Shown: one piece after another, positions 9,664 to 19,272 of the stretch | Layout: each line of letters starts with the position of its first letter | Position numbering within the stretch: the first letter of the stretch is position 1 | DNA from: Bacteroidales bacterium | Lineage (GTDB): Bacteria; Bacteroidota; Bacteroidia; Bacteroidales; UBA12077 | Direction of reading: 5' to 3' | DNA length: 64,000 nucleotides | NCBI GenBank assembly: GCA_027859205.1 | Contig: JAQIBH010000183.1 | Location: forward strand, 12,627-76,626 | Notes under the pieces: generated by a model | The model's database searches: none | What the model saw: only the letters and a program-made list of their open reading frames with translations | Told to the model about the DNA's origin: nothing | Position numbers and translations under genes: made by a program

Positions 9664-10171
9664 ATTATTACTTGACAAACTTGTACAAATAAGGAATCAG
9701 TTTTCTGAAATTGGCTTAGTGTTTTCGAAAAACGCTAAAGAAATTTGGGAATACGAGCTTAATAACAAATCATATAATGACTATCCTTTTAAACAATATG
9801 AGCCTAATAACTTTTATGCTCCTTTTGCTTCGGGGTCTGCCCAATATGATACAATGATTATTTGTCCTTGTTCAATGGGTACGCTTGGAAGAATAGCCAG
9901 CGGTGTTTCCGATGATTTAATTTCTCGAACTGCTGACGTAATATTAAAAGAAAAACAAAAGTTAATCCTTGTACCCAGAGAACTCCCATATAATTTGATT
10001 CACATTAAAAATATGGAGACAATTACTCTGGCAGGCGGAATAATTTGTCCTGCAACACCATCTTTTTATTCTAAACCAAAAACAATTGAAGATGTTGTTC
10101 TTACAGTTGTTAATAGAATCTTAGATTTGGCGGGTTTTGAAATTGACGCTAAAAGATGGGGAGATAAATAA
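9599..10171 (+). CDS. ubiX: Flavin prenyltransferase UbiX
   Basis: Start re-called at MQKGERKIVIAITGASGSVYA, the canonical UbiX N-terminus. Also contains MIICPCSMGTLGRIASGVSDDLISRTADV and LVPRELP motifs. The ORF-track start at 9545 adds an implausible hydrophobic extension. Confidence 0.9.
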   Translation: MQKGERKIVIAITGASGSVYAKLLLDKLVQIRNQFSEIGLVFSKNAKEIWEYELNNKSYNDYPFKQYEPNNFYAPFASGSAQYDTMIICPCSMGTLGRIASGVSDDLISRTADVILKEKQKLILVPRELPYNLIHIKNMETITLAGGIICPATPSFYSKPKTIEDVVLTVVNRILDLAGFEIDAKRWGDK

Positions 10172-10177
10172 TTTAAT

Positions 10178-10870
10178 TTACGCAACAGCCAAAGCTGCAA
10201 TACTCACTTTAGTATCTTTAATTTCTAGTATTACATTTGCACATGCCTCAAGTGTTGATCCTGTTGTAACAACATCATCAACTAAAAGAATATGTTTCCC
10301 TTTTAAAAATTTCTCATTTGTAATTTTAAAAATATTTTCAACATTTTCCCATCGTTCAAATCTCGATTTTCGGGTTTGTGTTTCGGTAGCAACAGAACGA
10401 ATAAATGATTTAATGTCTAATGGTTTTAGCAAAGTTTCTGAAAGTCCTTTTGCAATCCACTCACTTTGATTGTATCCACGTTTTTTCAGTTTGCTTTTAT
10501 GTAAAGGCACAGGAATAATAACATCAACTTGATTAAAAAAACTATTTCTTAATTGATTCCCAAATGATTTTCCTAGCACATATCCAATCTCTTTATTACC
10601 ATGATATTTAAACTTGTGCATCATTGTTTGATATTTACTATCTTTATTAAAAGTGAAAAAACCTGTTGCATATTCAAGTTTTGTTCTGCCCCAAAACATT
10701 TGTGAAACAGGATTCTCAATTTCCTTATGGTAGTGCGTTTTAGGCAAGTTATAAAGGCATTTTGTGCAAATCAAATCTTCTTGATTTACAAGATGTGAAT
10801 TACAAACAATACAAATATCCGGGAAAAAGAGATTAAAAAAATCGTTCAAATATTGAGCAAATAAGTTCAT
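10178..10870 (-). CDS. comF: ComF-family protein (phosphoribosyltransferase-like)
   Basis: N-terminal Cys-rich zinc-finger-like segment (CIVCNSHLVNQEDLICTKC) and a C-terminal PRTase motif (HILLVDDVVTTGSTLEA). Confidence 0.8.
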   Translation of the reverse strand: MNLFAQYLNDFFNLFFPDICIVCNSHLVNQEDLICTKCLYNLPKTHYHKEIENPVSQMFWGRTKLEYATGFFTFNKDSKYQTMMHKFKYHGNKEIGYVLGKSFGNQLRNSFFNQVDVIIPVPLHKSKLKKRGYNQSEWIAKGLSETLLKPLDIKSFIRSVATETQTRKSRFERWENVENIFKITNEKFLKGKHILLVDDVVTTGSTLEACANVILEIKDTKVSIAALAVA

Positions 10871-10902
10871 ATGCTAACTTTCTTTTCTCTAAGTTAACAA
10901 TA

Positions 10903-11553
10903 CTATTTTAAACTATTCCACTCATCATAAAATTGTTTTAAAAATACTTCCATATAATTATGTCTTTCTATGGCGATATCTTTTGCTGTTTCCGTATTTA
11001 ATCTGTCTTTTAAAAGCAAAAGTTTCTCATAAAAATGATTAATGCTTGTACCTTTAGAATTTTTATATTCTGCAAAGCTATTATGTAACTGGACGTCTTT
11101 TTCTGGATTATGCATTGAGTTACCAAACTTACCTCCAAAAGCAAAAGTTCTAGCAACACCAATTGCTCCCATTGCATCTAAACGATCAGCATCCTGTACA
11201 ATTTTACCTTCCAGAGTTTTTATTTGATCTTTTACTCCTGCACCTTTATAAGAAATATTCTTTATTATTTCAATAATCTTTTCTGTGATATCATTTGAAA
11301 TTTCTATTTTTAATAGCCAATCACGAACGATATTAAGCCCTGTTTCCTCATTTTCATAAAATTTCCAATCTGCTACATCATGAAGTAAAGATGCCATTTC
11401 AATAATAAATAAATCACCTCCTTCTTTTTCTTGAATTTTTTTTGACAAATTCTGCACCCTATAAATATGCCACCAATCGTGTCCAGAGCTATCGCCTTTA
11501 AGTTTCGCTTTTACAAATTCAGTTGTATCATTAATGACTTGATCTCTATTCAT
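10903..11553 (-). CDS. HD-domain phosphohydrolase
   Basis: Contains GHDWWHIYRV...LLHDVADWK...DADRLDAMGAIG, the HD metal-binding signature. Start re-called at MNRDQV (11553) because the upstream extension covers the terminator hairpin of the preceding gene. Confidence 0.8.
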   Translation of the reverse strand: MNRDQVINDTTEFVKAKLKGDSSGHDWWHIYRVQNLSKKIQEKEGGDLFIIEMASLLHDVADWKFYENEETGLNIVRDWLLKIEISNDITEKIIEIIKNISYKGAGVKDQIKTLEGKIVQDADRLDAMGAIGVARTFAFGGKFGNSMHNPEKDVQLHNSFAEYKNSKGTSINHFYEKLLLLKDRLNTETAKDIAIERHNYMEVFLKQFYDEWNSLK

Positions 11554-11565
11554 TATTTTGCGTAT

Positions 11566-11590
11566 AAAAAAACCCGCTATTTGCGGGCTC
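11566..11590 (-). terminator. Rho-independent terminator downstream of the DUF2147 gene
   Basis: The minus strand reads GAGCCCGCAAATAGCGGGTTTTTTTAT. The stem is CCCGC/GCGGG with a 5-nt loop, followed by a T7 run, 21 nt after the stop at 11611. Confidence 0.6.
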
Positions 11591-11610
11591 AATATAGAGT
11601 TGTGATTATA

Positions 11611-12078
11611 TTATTCTCGTAACTGTTCTTCTTTTGTCCATTCAACTTCTCTCCCCAACAATGCAAATCCAATAAACCCTTTTACATGCAAAGTGCTATC
11701 ATCACCTTCATCGAACCACATGAAACATTTGTAAGTTTTACCTTCTTTAGGATCATAAATTGTTCCGTCAACCCACTCTTTATCTTTTTCATCATATTCA
11801 AAAGATTTTAAGATCTGTAATCCAAGAATAGGTCGTTTTTGCAATTCCGGATCAGGATTATCATCATCAACTTTTATAGAACCATCTTCTTCGTTTGGCT
11901 CATTCAGCCATTTAATATCACCGTAATACTTATCTTCTTTTGATTTAAATATTTTTACTTGGGAATCTCCATCTTGTGTTAACCAATATCCTAATACCTT
12001 ATCGGCATCTTGAGAAAACGAATCTGGAGTAAGAAATGCAAGCAATAACAGAGTAACAAATAATAATTTTAGTTTCAT
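11611..12078 (-). CDS. DUF2147-domain secreted protein
   Basis: Signal peptide, then the pattern GYWLTQDGDSQVKIF...YYGDIKWL...DDDNPDPELQKRPILGL...GTIYDPKEGKTYKC, characteristic of DUF2147. Confidence 0.8.
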   Translation of the reverse strand: MKLKLLFVTLLLLAFLTPDSFSQDADKVLGYWLTQDGDSQVKIFKSKEDKYYGDIKWLNEPNEEDGSIKVDDDNPDPELQKRPILGLQILKSFEYDEKDKEWVDGTIYDPKEGKTYKCFMWFDEGDDSTLHVKGFIGFALLGREVEWTKEEQLRE

Positions 12079-12176
12079 ATTGCAGATTTTTAGTTTTTAG
12101 TCACGGCAAGATAATAAAATTTAAAAAATAATTAATCATCTATACATATATATTTATATATCAAGTTTAATAAAAT

Positions 12177-12782
12177 TTATTTTACCATCCCATAAAAAAG
12201 GATATGAAGAATATCGTCTAAATTTGTTTCCAACTCCTGCATGTCCCACTTTTGTTCAATAATCATACTTTTCTCTAAACCCTTCAAAAATGTTACTAGT
12301 ACAATAGCAGCAAGTTTAGTGTTTTTTAGCTTAAAGATTCCTTGATTTACTCCATCCTCTAATATATCTTTTATGGTTTGTCGCTCCTCTGTATCGTATT
12401 TTTTTCGAATACGCTCAGTAAATGCTAAGTTTCCCAAATAATCATTTTTTAAAGCTTCGTAAAAATTCACCATTTCCTTTAAGTATTTCATTCTTATGAA
12501 AACGTAATTTCTAATCTTATCCTTTGGGTTGTCATTAGTATTTATTACTTTTTTTTCCAGTTCCGCACTTAGCTGTCGAGCCTCATTTTTAACTACAGCT
12601 TCAAATATTTCTTCTTTACTATTAAAGTAATAATATATAGAGCTTTTGCCCATTCCGGCAGCATGAGCTATATCTTCCATGGTTGCTTTTTTAAATCCGT
12701 ATACGCTAAAAATATCAGCTGCAATATTTACAATTTTTAGCCTGGCAGATTTTTGCTTTTTAATAATATGCTCTTTTATCAT
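12177..12782 (-). CDS. TetR/AcrR-family transcriptional regulator
   Basis: N-terminal HTH (IAADIFSVYGFKKATMEDIAHAAGMGKSSIYYYFNSKEEIF) and a helical C-terminal ligand domain; 201 aa. Confidence 0.85.
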   Translation of the reverse strand: MIKEHIIKKQKSARLKIVNIAADIFSVYGFKKATMEDIAHAAGMGKSSIYYYFNSKEEIFEAVVKNEARQLSAELEKKVINTNDNPKDKIRNYVFIRMKYLKEMVNFYEALKNDYLGNLAFTERIRKKYDTEERQTIKDILEDGVNQGIFKLKNTKLAAIVLVTFLKGLEKSMIIEQKWDMQELETNLDDILHILFYGMVK

Positions 12783-12808
12783 TTTTCGACCTTTTTATAT
12801 TTGAATTC

Positions 12809-12816
12809 CAAAAATA
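12809..12816 (-). promoter_or_regulatory. Candidate Bacteroidota -7 promoter box (TATTTTTG) for the TetR gene
   Basis: Matches TAnnTTTG on the minus strand, 27 nt upstream of the ATG at 12782. Confidence 0.3.
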
Positions 12817-12941
12817 CAATTCAATATTGTTTTATTCTATGATTTTAGAACATGTTTTAAGAATTATAACACATTCAAATAAAAAATCGATGTTTAAAAA
12901 CAATTAAACACCGATATACAATCGTTTTTAGAATTTGCTAT

Positions 12942-15101
12942 TTAAGCCAGCGTGTAATCAAGCTGCTTTTTCTCAAGATCAGCTCTTACGATTGTAATTC
13001 TTACAGGATCGCCAAGTTGGTACGTTTTCTTATTCCTTCTTCCAATAATTGAATAATTATCTTCATCGAAAAAGTAGTAATCATCATCTAATTCTCGGAT
13101 ATGAACGAGTCCTTCACATTTACTGTCGTTTAGCTCAACGTAGAATCCCCACTCAGTAACACCAGAAATTATCCCGTCGAAGTCCTCTCCAATATGGTCT
13201 TTCATAAACTCAACCTGTTTGTACTTTATAGATGAGCGTTCTGCTTCAGCGGCCTTACGTTCCCTTTCGGAAGAGTGCTTACACATATCTTCATACTTGT
13301 TTTTTTCCTTACTTTTCCCGCCATTAATATAATCGGTAAGCATTCGATGAACCATCATATCGGGATAACGTCGAATAGGCGAAGTAAAATGTGAGTAATG
13401 CGAAAAAGATAATCCATAATGGCCTACGTTTTTTGTAGAATACACAGCTTTTGCCATTGAACGAACCGCCAATGTTTCAATTACATTTTGTTCCTTTTTA
13501 CCTTGAACTTGATCAAGCAGATCGTTAATTGAACTTGTAATATTTTTTTGACTTGATGTATTTATTCCATATCCAAATCGCTGAATAAACTTTGAAAACC
13601 GTTCCAATTTTTCAGGATCCGGTTTATCATGGATTCTATAAACAAATGTTTTTGCCTTTGTTCCTTTTGCTGTCTTTCCTATAAATTCTGCTACTCGTTT
13701 ATTAGCAAGAAGCATAAATTCCTCAATCAGTTTATTTGACTCTTTCTGTTCTTTAAAATATACTCCCAAGGGTTTCCCTTTTTCATCGATTTCGAATTTT
13801 ACTTCTACACGATCAAAAGAAATAGCTCCGTTTTTAAATCTCCGTGCACGTATTTTTTGTGCCAAATCATTGAGTAATAATAACTCTTCTTTAAATACTC
13901 CTTCTCCGCCTTCAATTAAAGCTTGAGCTTCTGCATAATCAAATCGTTTATTGGAATTTATTACTGTTCTGCCTATCCATTGATCAAGAACATCGGCATT
14001 ATTATCTAACTCAAAAACAATACTATAACATAGCTTTTCTTCGTTAGGGCGTAAACTACAAACCATATTTGAAAGCTTTTCCGGTATCATTGGAACAACT
14101 CTATCGACTAAATAAACAGATGTTGCACGTTGAAAAGCTTCTCGCTCAACTATCGACTCCGGTGTTACATAATGGGTTACATCCGCAATATGGACTCCAA
14201 CTTCCCAATTCCCGTTTTCTAGCTTTTGAATTGATAAAGCATCATCAAAATCTTTTGCATCTGCCGGATCAATAGTGAAGGTTGTGATATCCCGAAAATC
14301 TCTTCTAGCCTTAAGGTCTGCTTCAGTAATTACTTCCGAAATATTATTAGCTGCATCTTCAACCTTTTTATCAAATTCATAAGGCAAGTCAAATTCAGCC
14401 AGGATGGCGTGCATTTCAGTTTCATTTTCACCTGGCTTGCCCAATACATTAACAACTTCTCCAAATGGATTTTTATATTTTTCGGGCCATTCGGTAATTT
14501 TCACGATTACCTTATCGCCACTCAGAGCACCTTTTAGTTTTGGTAATGGAATAAAAACATCATAGGGCATTTGCCGATTGTTGGCTGTCATAAAAGCGAA
14601 GTTTTTTGAAACCTCCACAACACCGACAAAATGTTCCCTTGATTTTTTTATAATCTCAACAACTTCGCCTTCGGGCTGTCGTCCGCGTTTTTTTGCGTAC
14701 AAATAAACTTTTACTTCATCGCCGTTTAATGCATGATTTAAATTCGATTGCGATACAAAAACATCTTCATCTGATTCATCAGAAACAATGTATCCCGTTC
14801 CTTTTGCGGTAAGATCAACAGTACCTGTAATATATCCACCTTGCATTGTAAATTTGAACTTGCCTCGTGATACTTCAACTAAAGTTCCTAAATCTCTTAA
14901 TTCGTATAAAATTGCAGTTATTAATCCTTTTGTTGAGTCGTCGGCAATATCAAAACTCTTTGCTATTTGCTTATAATTATATAGCTTACTAGAGTTATTA
15001 GTAAATAATCCTAGTATTTTTTCTGTAAGTACCTTTTTGTTAATTCCAAATTTATTTCTCTTACCTGTCTTTTTTCCTTTTTTCTTAAATTCTTTACTCA
15101 T
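12942..15101 (-). CDS. rnr: Ribonuclease R
   Basis: N-terminal winged-helix and cold-shock-like region, an RNB catalytic domain (TIDPADAKDFDDALS, VHIADVTHYV, LSFSHYSHFTSPIRRYPDMMVHR) and a C-terminal S1 domain (GIISGVTEWGFYVEL). Confidence 0.93.
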   Translation of the reverse strand: MSKEFKKKGKKTGKRNKFGINKKVLTEKILGLFTNNSSKLYNYKQIAKSFDIADDSTKGLITAILYELRDLGTLVEVSRGKFKFTMQGGYITGTVDLTAKGTGYIVSDESDEDVFVSQSNLNHALNGDEVKVYLYAKKRGRQPEGEVVEIIKKSREHFVGVVEVSKNFAFMTANNRQMPYDVFIPLPKLKGALSGDKVIVKITEWPEKYKNPFGEVVNVLGKPGENETEMHAILAEFDLPYEFDKKVEDAANNISEVITEADLKARRDFRDITTFTIDPADAKDFDDALSIQKLENGNWEVGVHIADVTHYVTPESIVEREAFQRATSVYLVDRVVPMIPEKLSNMVCSLRPNEEKLCYSIVFELDNNADVLDQWIGRTVINSNKRFDYAEAQALIEGGEGVFKEELLLLNDLAQKIRARRFKNGAISFDRVEVKFEIDEKGKPLGVYFKEQKESNKLIEEFMLLANKRVAEFIGKTAKGTKAKTFVYRIHDKPDPEKLERFSKFIQRFGYGINTSSQKNITSSINDLLDQVQGKKEQNVIETLAVRSMAKAVYSTKNVGHYGLSFSHYSHFTSPIRRYPDMMVHRMLTDYINGGKSKEKNKYEDMCKHSSERERKAAEAERSSIKYKQVEFMKDHIGEDFDGIISGVTEWGFYVELNDSKCEGLVHIRELDDDYYFFDEDNYSIIGRRNKKTYQLGDPVRITIVRADLEKKQLDYTLA

Positions 15102-15152
15102 ATTATTTTATTATATATTTTACAATAATAACTATTCAATATTAACTGATAA

Positions 15153-16169
15153 TTAGCTCATTGTTAATTCATTCTTAAATTTTTCGGCAATTTCGCCAAT
15201 ACTTTTATCAATAGGTATAAATGTTTTACCTATCGTCTTTTTTATTTTCTCATTTGAATACTTCGAAACAGAAGTACTTGATTTTATAATCTCTTTTGTT
15301 ATTTCTCGTTTTTTAATTCTTAGCGTGCCGGCAATAGAATCAAAAAATACAGCCAGCTTTAATAAACTAGAGCCTGCTTCTTTCTTTGGTTTCGCAACAT
15401 TCATTGAATCTGCTATTTTGTCAAACAAGTCTTTATAAAATAAATTATCTGTATTCAGAATAAATCGCTCGGCATTAAAATTGCTCTCCATTAATTCAAT
15501 CATAGATTCCGAAACATCCCGAACATCAACAAAACCTGTTGCACCTTTAGTAAAATATTTCAATCCTTTTGCTGCTTTTGAGAATAGAGATCCGCTACCA
15601 GAATTCCAAAATCCAGGTCCTAAAATAACAGATGGATTTACAACAACGGCGTTCAATCCCTCTTGTACTCCACGCCAAACTTCCATTTCAGATTTAAACT
15701 TACTAACAGAATAAGTTGAACGATTTTTTGAAGTTGTCCATTTATTGTTTTCATCTATAGGTTCGCCATTTAATGCGCCACCTAAAGAAGCAATAGAACT
15801 CACGTGACAAAGTTTTTCAATATTATTACTTAAACACAGATTAACAACATTTTCTGTTCCCTGAACATTAGCATTAATCAATTCATTTTTATCTTTTCCG
15901 TCAAAAGAAACTATCGCTGCACAATGGTATACTTTTCTTACTTCAGAGAAACTTTCCTCCAAAGAATATAAATCCAAAATATCACCTTGCACCCAATTAA
16001 TTTTTTGAATCAATTTTTCATAATCATCCGAATAATAAGAAAATACTTTCTTTACTAATTCTATCTTATCTCTATTGCGGATTATTGCTCTAACTGGTTC
16101 GTCCTTTTTCACAAGATCATACAATAAATGCGATCCTACGAGACCTGTTCCTCCTGTTACTAATATCAT
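15153..16169 (-). CDS. NAD-dependent epimerase/dehydratase (extended SDR) family protein
   Basis: MILVTGGTGLVGSHL Rossmann motif and YSVSK (YxxxK) catalytic motif; 338 aa. Confidence 0.8.
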   Translation of the reverse strand: MILVTGGTGLVGSHLLYDLVKKDEPVRAIIRNRDKIELVKKVFSYYSDDYEKLIQKINWVQGDILDLYSLEESFSEVRKVYHCAAIVSFDGKDKNELINANVQGTENVVNLCLSNNIEKLCHVSSIASLGGALNGEPIDENNKWTTSKNRSTYSVSKFKSEMEVWRGVQEGLNAVVVNPSVILGPGFWNSGSGSLFSKAAKGLKYFTKGATGFVDVRDVSESMIELMESNFNAERFILNTDNLFYKDLFDKIADSMNVAKPKKEAGSSLLKLAVFFDSIAGTLRIKKREITKEIIKSSTSVSKYSNEKIKKTIGKTFIPIDKSIGEIAEKFKNELTMS

Positions 16170-16170
16170 T

Positions 16171-16617
16171 TTATGAAATGTTTTCTGATTCTTCTTTTCT
16201 CCAAATTAACTTTTTACCAAAACCTAAGCGATTATCTGTAAATTTAAGAAACCCTAATTCAATAACCCACAAATTGGTTTTCATTAACATCGCAACAGGA
16301 AATCTTTTTAAATATCTCGCCTTTACACGCTTCAGTAGTTCATCATTTGGTTCATACATTTTGCCTTGAAACTGTACTCCTTGGATTTTCCCAACAATAT
16401 TGGTCTCTAAAACTATAGAGCCTGCTACCTTTTGATTAAGTACAGCATCTTGAGCGTGCTTTGTTTTATGATCTGTAGTAAAAACCAACATGTTTTCATC
16501 CTCGAAATAAACATAAAAACAATTGGCAGAGTATGGAATATTATTTTGAGAAGTTGCTAAAGTAAGTACGTGGTGTTTATTTATAAATTCTAATATTCTT
16601 TTGTCAATCTCAATCAT
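16171..16617 (-). CDS. Pyridoxamine 5'-phosphate oxidase-like (YhbP/UPF0306-type) FMN-binding protein
   Basis: Size and pattern (HHVLTLATSQNNIPYSANCFYVY...VFTTDHKTKH...IQGVQFQG) resemble the PNPOx-like split-barrel family. The stop lies 1 nt from the SDR start, so the two are probably an operon. Confidence 0.65.
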   Translation of the reverse strand: MIEIDKRILEFINKHHVLTLATSQNNIPYSANCFYVYFEDENMLVFTTDHKTKHAQDAVLNQKVAGSIVLETNIVGKIQGVQFQGKMYEPNDELLKRVKARYLKRFPVAMLMKTNLWVIELGFLKFTDNRLGFGKKLIWRKEESENIS

Positions 16618-16651
16618 TCTAATACTAACAATAAATCTTTTAAATAGTTTA

Positions 16652-16659
16652 CAAAGCTA
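16652..16659 (-). promoter_or_regulatory. Candidate -7 promoter box (TAGCTTTG) for the PNPOx-like/SDR operon
   Basis: Matches TAnnTTTG on the minus strand, 35 nt upstream of the ATG at 16617. Confidence 0.3.
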
Positions 16660-16673
16660 AGAATAAATAATTT

Positions 16674-16712
16674 AAAAATCCGAAGTATGTGTTTACACTC
16701 CAGATTTTTTTC
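16674..16712 (-). terminator. Probable terminator downstream of the FtsX-type permease gene
   Basis: Imperfect hairpin with 8 of 10 bp paired (AATCCGAAGT ... ACTCCAGATT), flanked by A5 and T7 runs, 18 nt after the stop at 16730. Confidence 0.45.
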
Positions 16713-16729
16713 TTTTAACTAAAGTATTT

Positions 16730-19099
16730 TTATTCGTATCGCAAACTTTCCACAGGGTTTGACCGTGCTGATTTAATGACCTGAATGCTAATCGTAAGTA
16801 AGGTAATAACTATAGATAATATCATAATCCAAAAAAGTTGAGAATAATTATCCTCTTGCTTATAATAAGAAGGGTCTGTCTTACCAAACAAAATGCCTAA
16901 AGGAATTGCAATAAGATTAGCTAGAATTATAAGAATAAGATACTCTCTTGCTAACTTGGCATATATTTGAATTGACCTTGCTCCTAATACTTTACGAATA
17001 CCTATTTCCTTAATTTTGCGCTTGCTGCTAAAAGAAACCAATGCAAACAAACCTATTATAGCTATTACAATTGATACAACGGAGAAAAAACCAAAAGTTT
17101 TTGCCATTCCAGCATATACTTTATTCGTGCCATTATTAATATTTTCATCAAAAAGGCCAAACTCAAAATTGCTTTCAGGGAAAAAATCCTCAAGAATACT
17201 TTCTATCTCTCTAATTGTTTCTTTATTAGAAGCATCTGCCACTCGTATATTGATATCTTTATCATGGGTTAGATATCCTGGATGACTATATAAAAAGTAC
17301 GGCTTAATTTTTGTAAAAGGAGATTGCTCATGAAAATCTTTTACTACGCCAATGATAGTATAATCTAAATCCCAAACCCTTTTCCCAATAGCTTCCTCTA
17401 AGCTCCAACCGGCAACCTTTACAAAGGTTTCATTTACAATGCATGCATTAGAATCAACTGCTCTGCTTACATCAAAGTGTCTTCCTGCTAATAAGTCAAT
17501 TTTTAGGGTATTCAAGAAGGTAGCGTAAGCTCTATTGTATCTACAATTTATTTTTTCTCCATCAGGTGCGCCCTCCCAATTCATTGTCTGTCCCCACGAA
17601 CTATAAAAAGGAGTGTTATAAGATATGGAAGCTTCTTCCACATCTGGAATCTGCAATAACTCGTCACGTAAAGCCGAAAATTCATTTATTTTAACTTTCT
17701 CTGTTTCTTTTGTTCTACATATAAGTAAATTCTGCTTCTCAAATCCTAAATCCTTATTTTGAAAATAATTGAATTGACCTAAAACACCTAAAGTAGTTAT
17801 TACAAACAAAATAGACATCACTAATTGGAAAATTATTAATCCTTTGCGCATTGAGAATTTCTTAAATCGATTACTGTCAAAAAATTGATTTTTAATAGTC
17901 GACAATGGATTTAATGATGATAAAACTAAAGCGGGATAAAGTCCCGACAATATTCCGGTAAGAGTTGTTATCCCAATAATAAATAATGTAAATGTCCAAT
18001 CTTCAATATATTTTATATTAAGAGGAACTGATACTATTCGATTAAATAAAGGTAAAGCTGCTTCTGTAATTGTAAACGCTACAAGTAAAGAAATAAAAAC
18101 AACAATAAGCGATTCGCCTAAAAACTGCTTCATTAAACTGATTCTTGAGCAACCAACAATTTTTTTCACTCCAATTTCTTTTGCTCGAGTTAATGAATAG
18201 GCTGTGGTAAGATTTATAAAATTTATAGCTGCTAAAAGTAATGTAAACAAACCAACGGTTCCATACAGAAGAATTGCAATCCAATATCCGTCCTCGCTTC
18301 CCTGACGCAAATGAACCATCCATATTGGCTTAAGTTGGATTTCTTCATCACGATCTTCAATAAATTCATCAAGTAAGTATTTTATTTTACTTTCAAACAG
18401 CTTTGCATCAACATTTTCTTTTAGTTTTATATAAACTCTTGCACCATGCCAATCCCAATGCTCAAAATAATCTTCATTAAATACGCTCTTGTGTGTTTCG
18501 AATGAAAGAAGATAACTAGGACGTGCATTAGAATTAAAAGGGATGTCTTCAATTACAGCCGAAACTTGATAGGTTCTTTTACTATCTACCAATATATTTT
18601 GTCCAATTGGATTTACATCTGGAAACAATTTCTTAGCAATTGTCTCTGTCAAAACAATCTTCATTGGTGCATCAAGTGCTGTTTCTTTATTCCCAGCAAT
18701 AAAATTTATCCTAAACAAATCAAAAATGTCTGGATTAGCATAATATCCATTTTCCTCATAAAAAGTTCGTTCTTTAGTAGATGATAAATACTCACCCCAA
18801 ATTTCACGAATAGTAATTGCTTCCTCAACCTCTGCATATTTATTTTCTAATTCTACACTGACAGGCGCTGGTAACTGGGTCCAAGTTGTGATTTCGTTGG
18901 CAGTATTAACTAACTGCATAACCATGTAAATTCTCTCGTGGTCTTTATGATAAGTATCATAACTCGATTCATACTTTACAAAAAGGCTTAGCATTATAAA
19001 TGCTGCCAATCCAACAGAAAGACCGAAAATATTAATTACGGAATAAGTTCTGTTTTTAAAAAAATTTCTAATCGCTAATATTAAAAAACTTCGTAACAT
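16730..19099 (-). CDS. ABC transporter permease, MacB/FtsX type (two FtsX domains with MacB-like periplasmic core domains)
   Basis: Start re-called at the ATG at 19099 (MLRSFLILAIRNFFKNRTYSVINIFGLSVGLAAF, the typical N-terminus). The track start at 19108 is a TTG. There are two 4-TM FtsX modules (..EIGVKKIVGCSRISL.. and ..EIGIRKVLGARSIQI..). No ATPase gene is adjacent. Confidence 0.85.
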   Translation of the reverse strand: MLRSFLILAIRNFFKNRTYSVINIFGLSVGLAAFIMLSLFVKYESSYDTYHKDHERIYMVMQLVNTANEITTWTQLPAPVSVELENKYAEVEEAITIREIWGEYLSSTKERTFYEENGYYANPDIFDLFRINFIAGNKETALDAPMKIVLTETIAKKLFPDVNPIGQNILVDSKRTYQVSAVIEDIPFNSNARPSYLLSFETHKSVFNEDYFEHWDWHGARVYIKLKENVDAKLFESKIKYLLDEFIEDRDEEIQLKPIWMVHLRQGSEDGYWIAILLYGTVGLFTLLLAAINFINLTTAYSLTRAKEIGVKKIVGCSRISLMKQFLGESLIVVFISLLVAFTITEAALPLFNRIVSVPLNIKYIEDWTFTLFIIGITTLTGILSGLYPALVLSSLNPLSTIKNQFFDSNRFKKFSMRKGLIIFQLVMSILFVITTLGVLGQFNYFQNKDLGFEKQNLLICRTKETEKVKINEFSALRDELLQIPDVEEASISYNTPFYSSWGQTMNWEGAPDGEKINCRYNRAYATFLNTLKIDLLAGRHFDVSRAVDSNACIVNETFVKVAGWSLEEAIGKRVWDLDYTIIGVVKDFHEQSPFTKIKPYFLYSHPGYLTHDKDINIRVADASNKETIREIESILEDFFPESNFEFGLFDENINNGTNKVYAGMAKTFGFFSVVSIVIAIIGLFALVSFSSKRKIKEIGIRKVLGARSIQIYAKLAREYLILIILANLIAIPLGILFGKTDPSYYKQEDNYSQLFWIMILSIVITLLTISIQVIKSARSNPVESLRYE

Positions 19100-19130
19100 A
19101 TTTCTCAAATTTAATTATTTGTTTAAGTAT

Positions 19131-19149
19131 ATGCCAATATGAATGCCAA
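19131..19149 (-). promoter_or_regulatory. Direct repeat TTGGCAT-N5-TTGGCAT (sigma-54 -24/-12-like) upstream of the permease gene
   Basis: The minus strand reads TTGGCATTCATATTGGCAT, 32-50 nt upstream of the ATG at 19099. It resembles TGGCAC-N5-TTGCW, but the GG-to-GC spacing is 1 nt too long. Confidence 0.3.
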
Positions 19150-19272
19150 AGTTATACTTTTCTGATTTTGTGATACTTATAAAATATGCTGTATTATTAC
19201 GCGGGAAATATTTTCTCACTTGCTGGGAAAACAATTCCCGTTTATATACTTTTATTCAAATTTCAATTCGTA

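Noticed and set aside
10137-10469. 110-aa ORF overlapping the ubiX 3' end and antisense to comF; also the 79-aa ORF at 8901-9140.
   Set aside because: They are antisense to, or overlap, well-supported genes or promoter regions. They have no family resemblance and an atypical composition.
19186-19272. N-terminal extension of the sigma-54 regulator ORF; similar extensions occur at 9545-9598 (ubiX), 11554-11592 (HD protein), 29101-29172 (rlpA) and 8830-8835.
   Set aside because: The extensions precede the canonical domain N-termini or signal peptides. In two cases they cover a terminator hairpin or the upstream gene's coding end. Internal ATGs give the standard protein starts.
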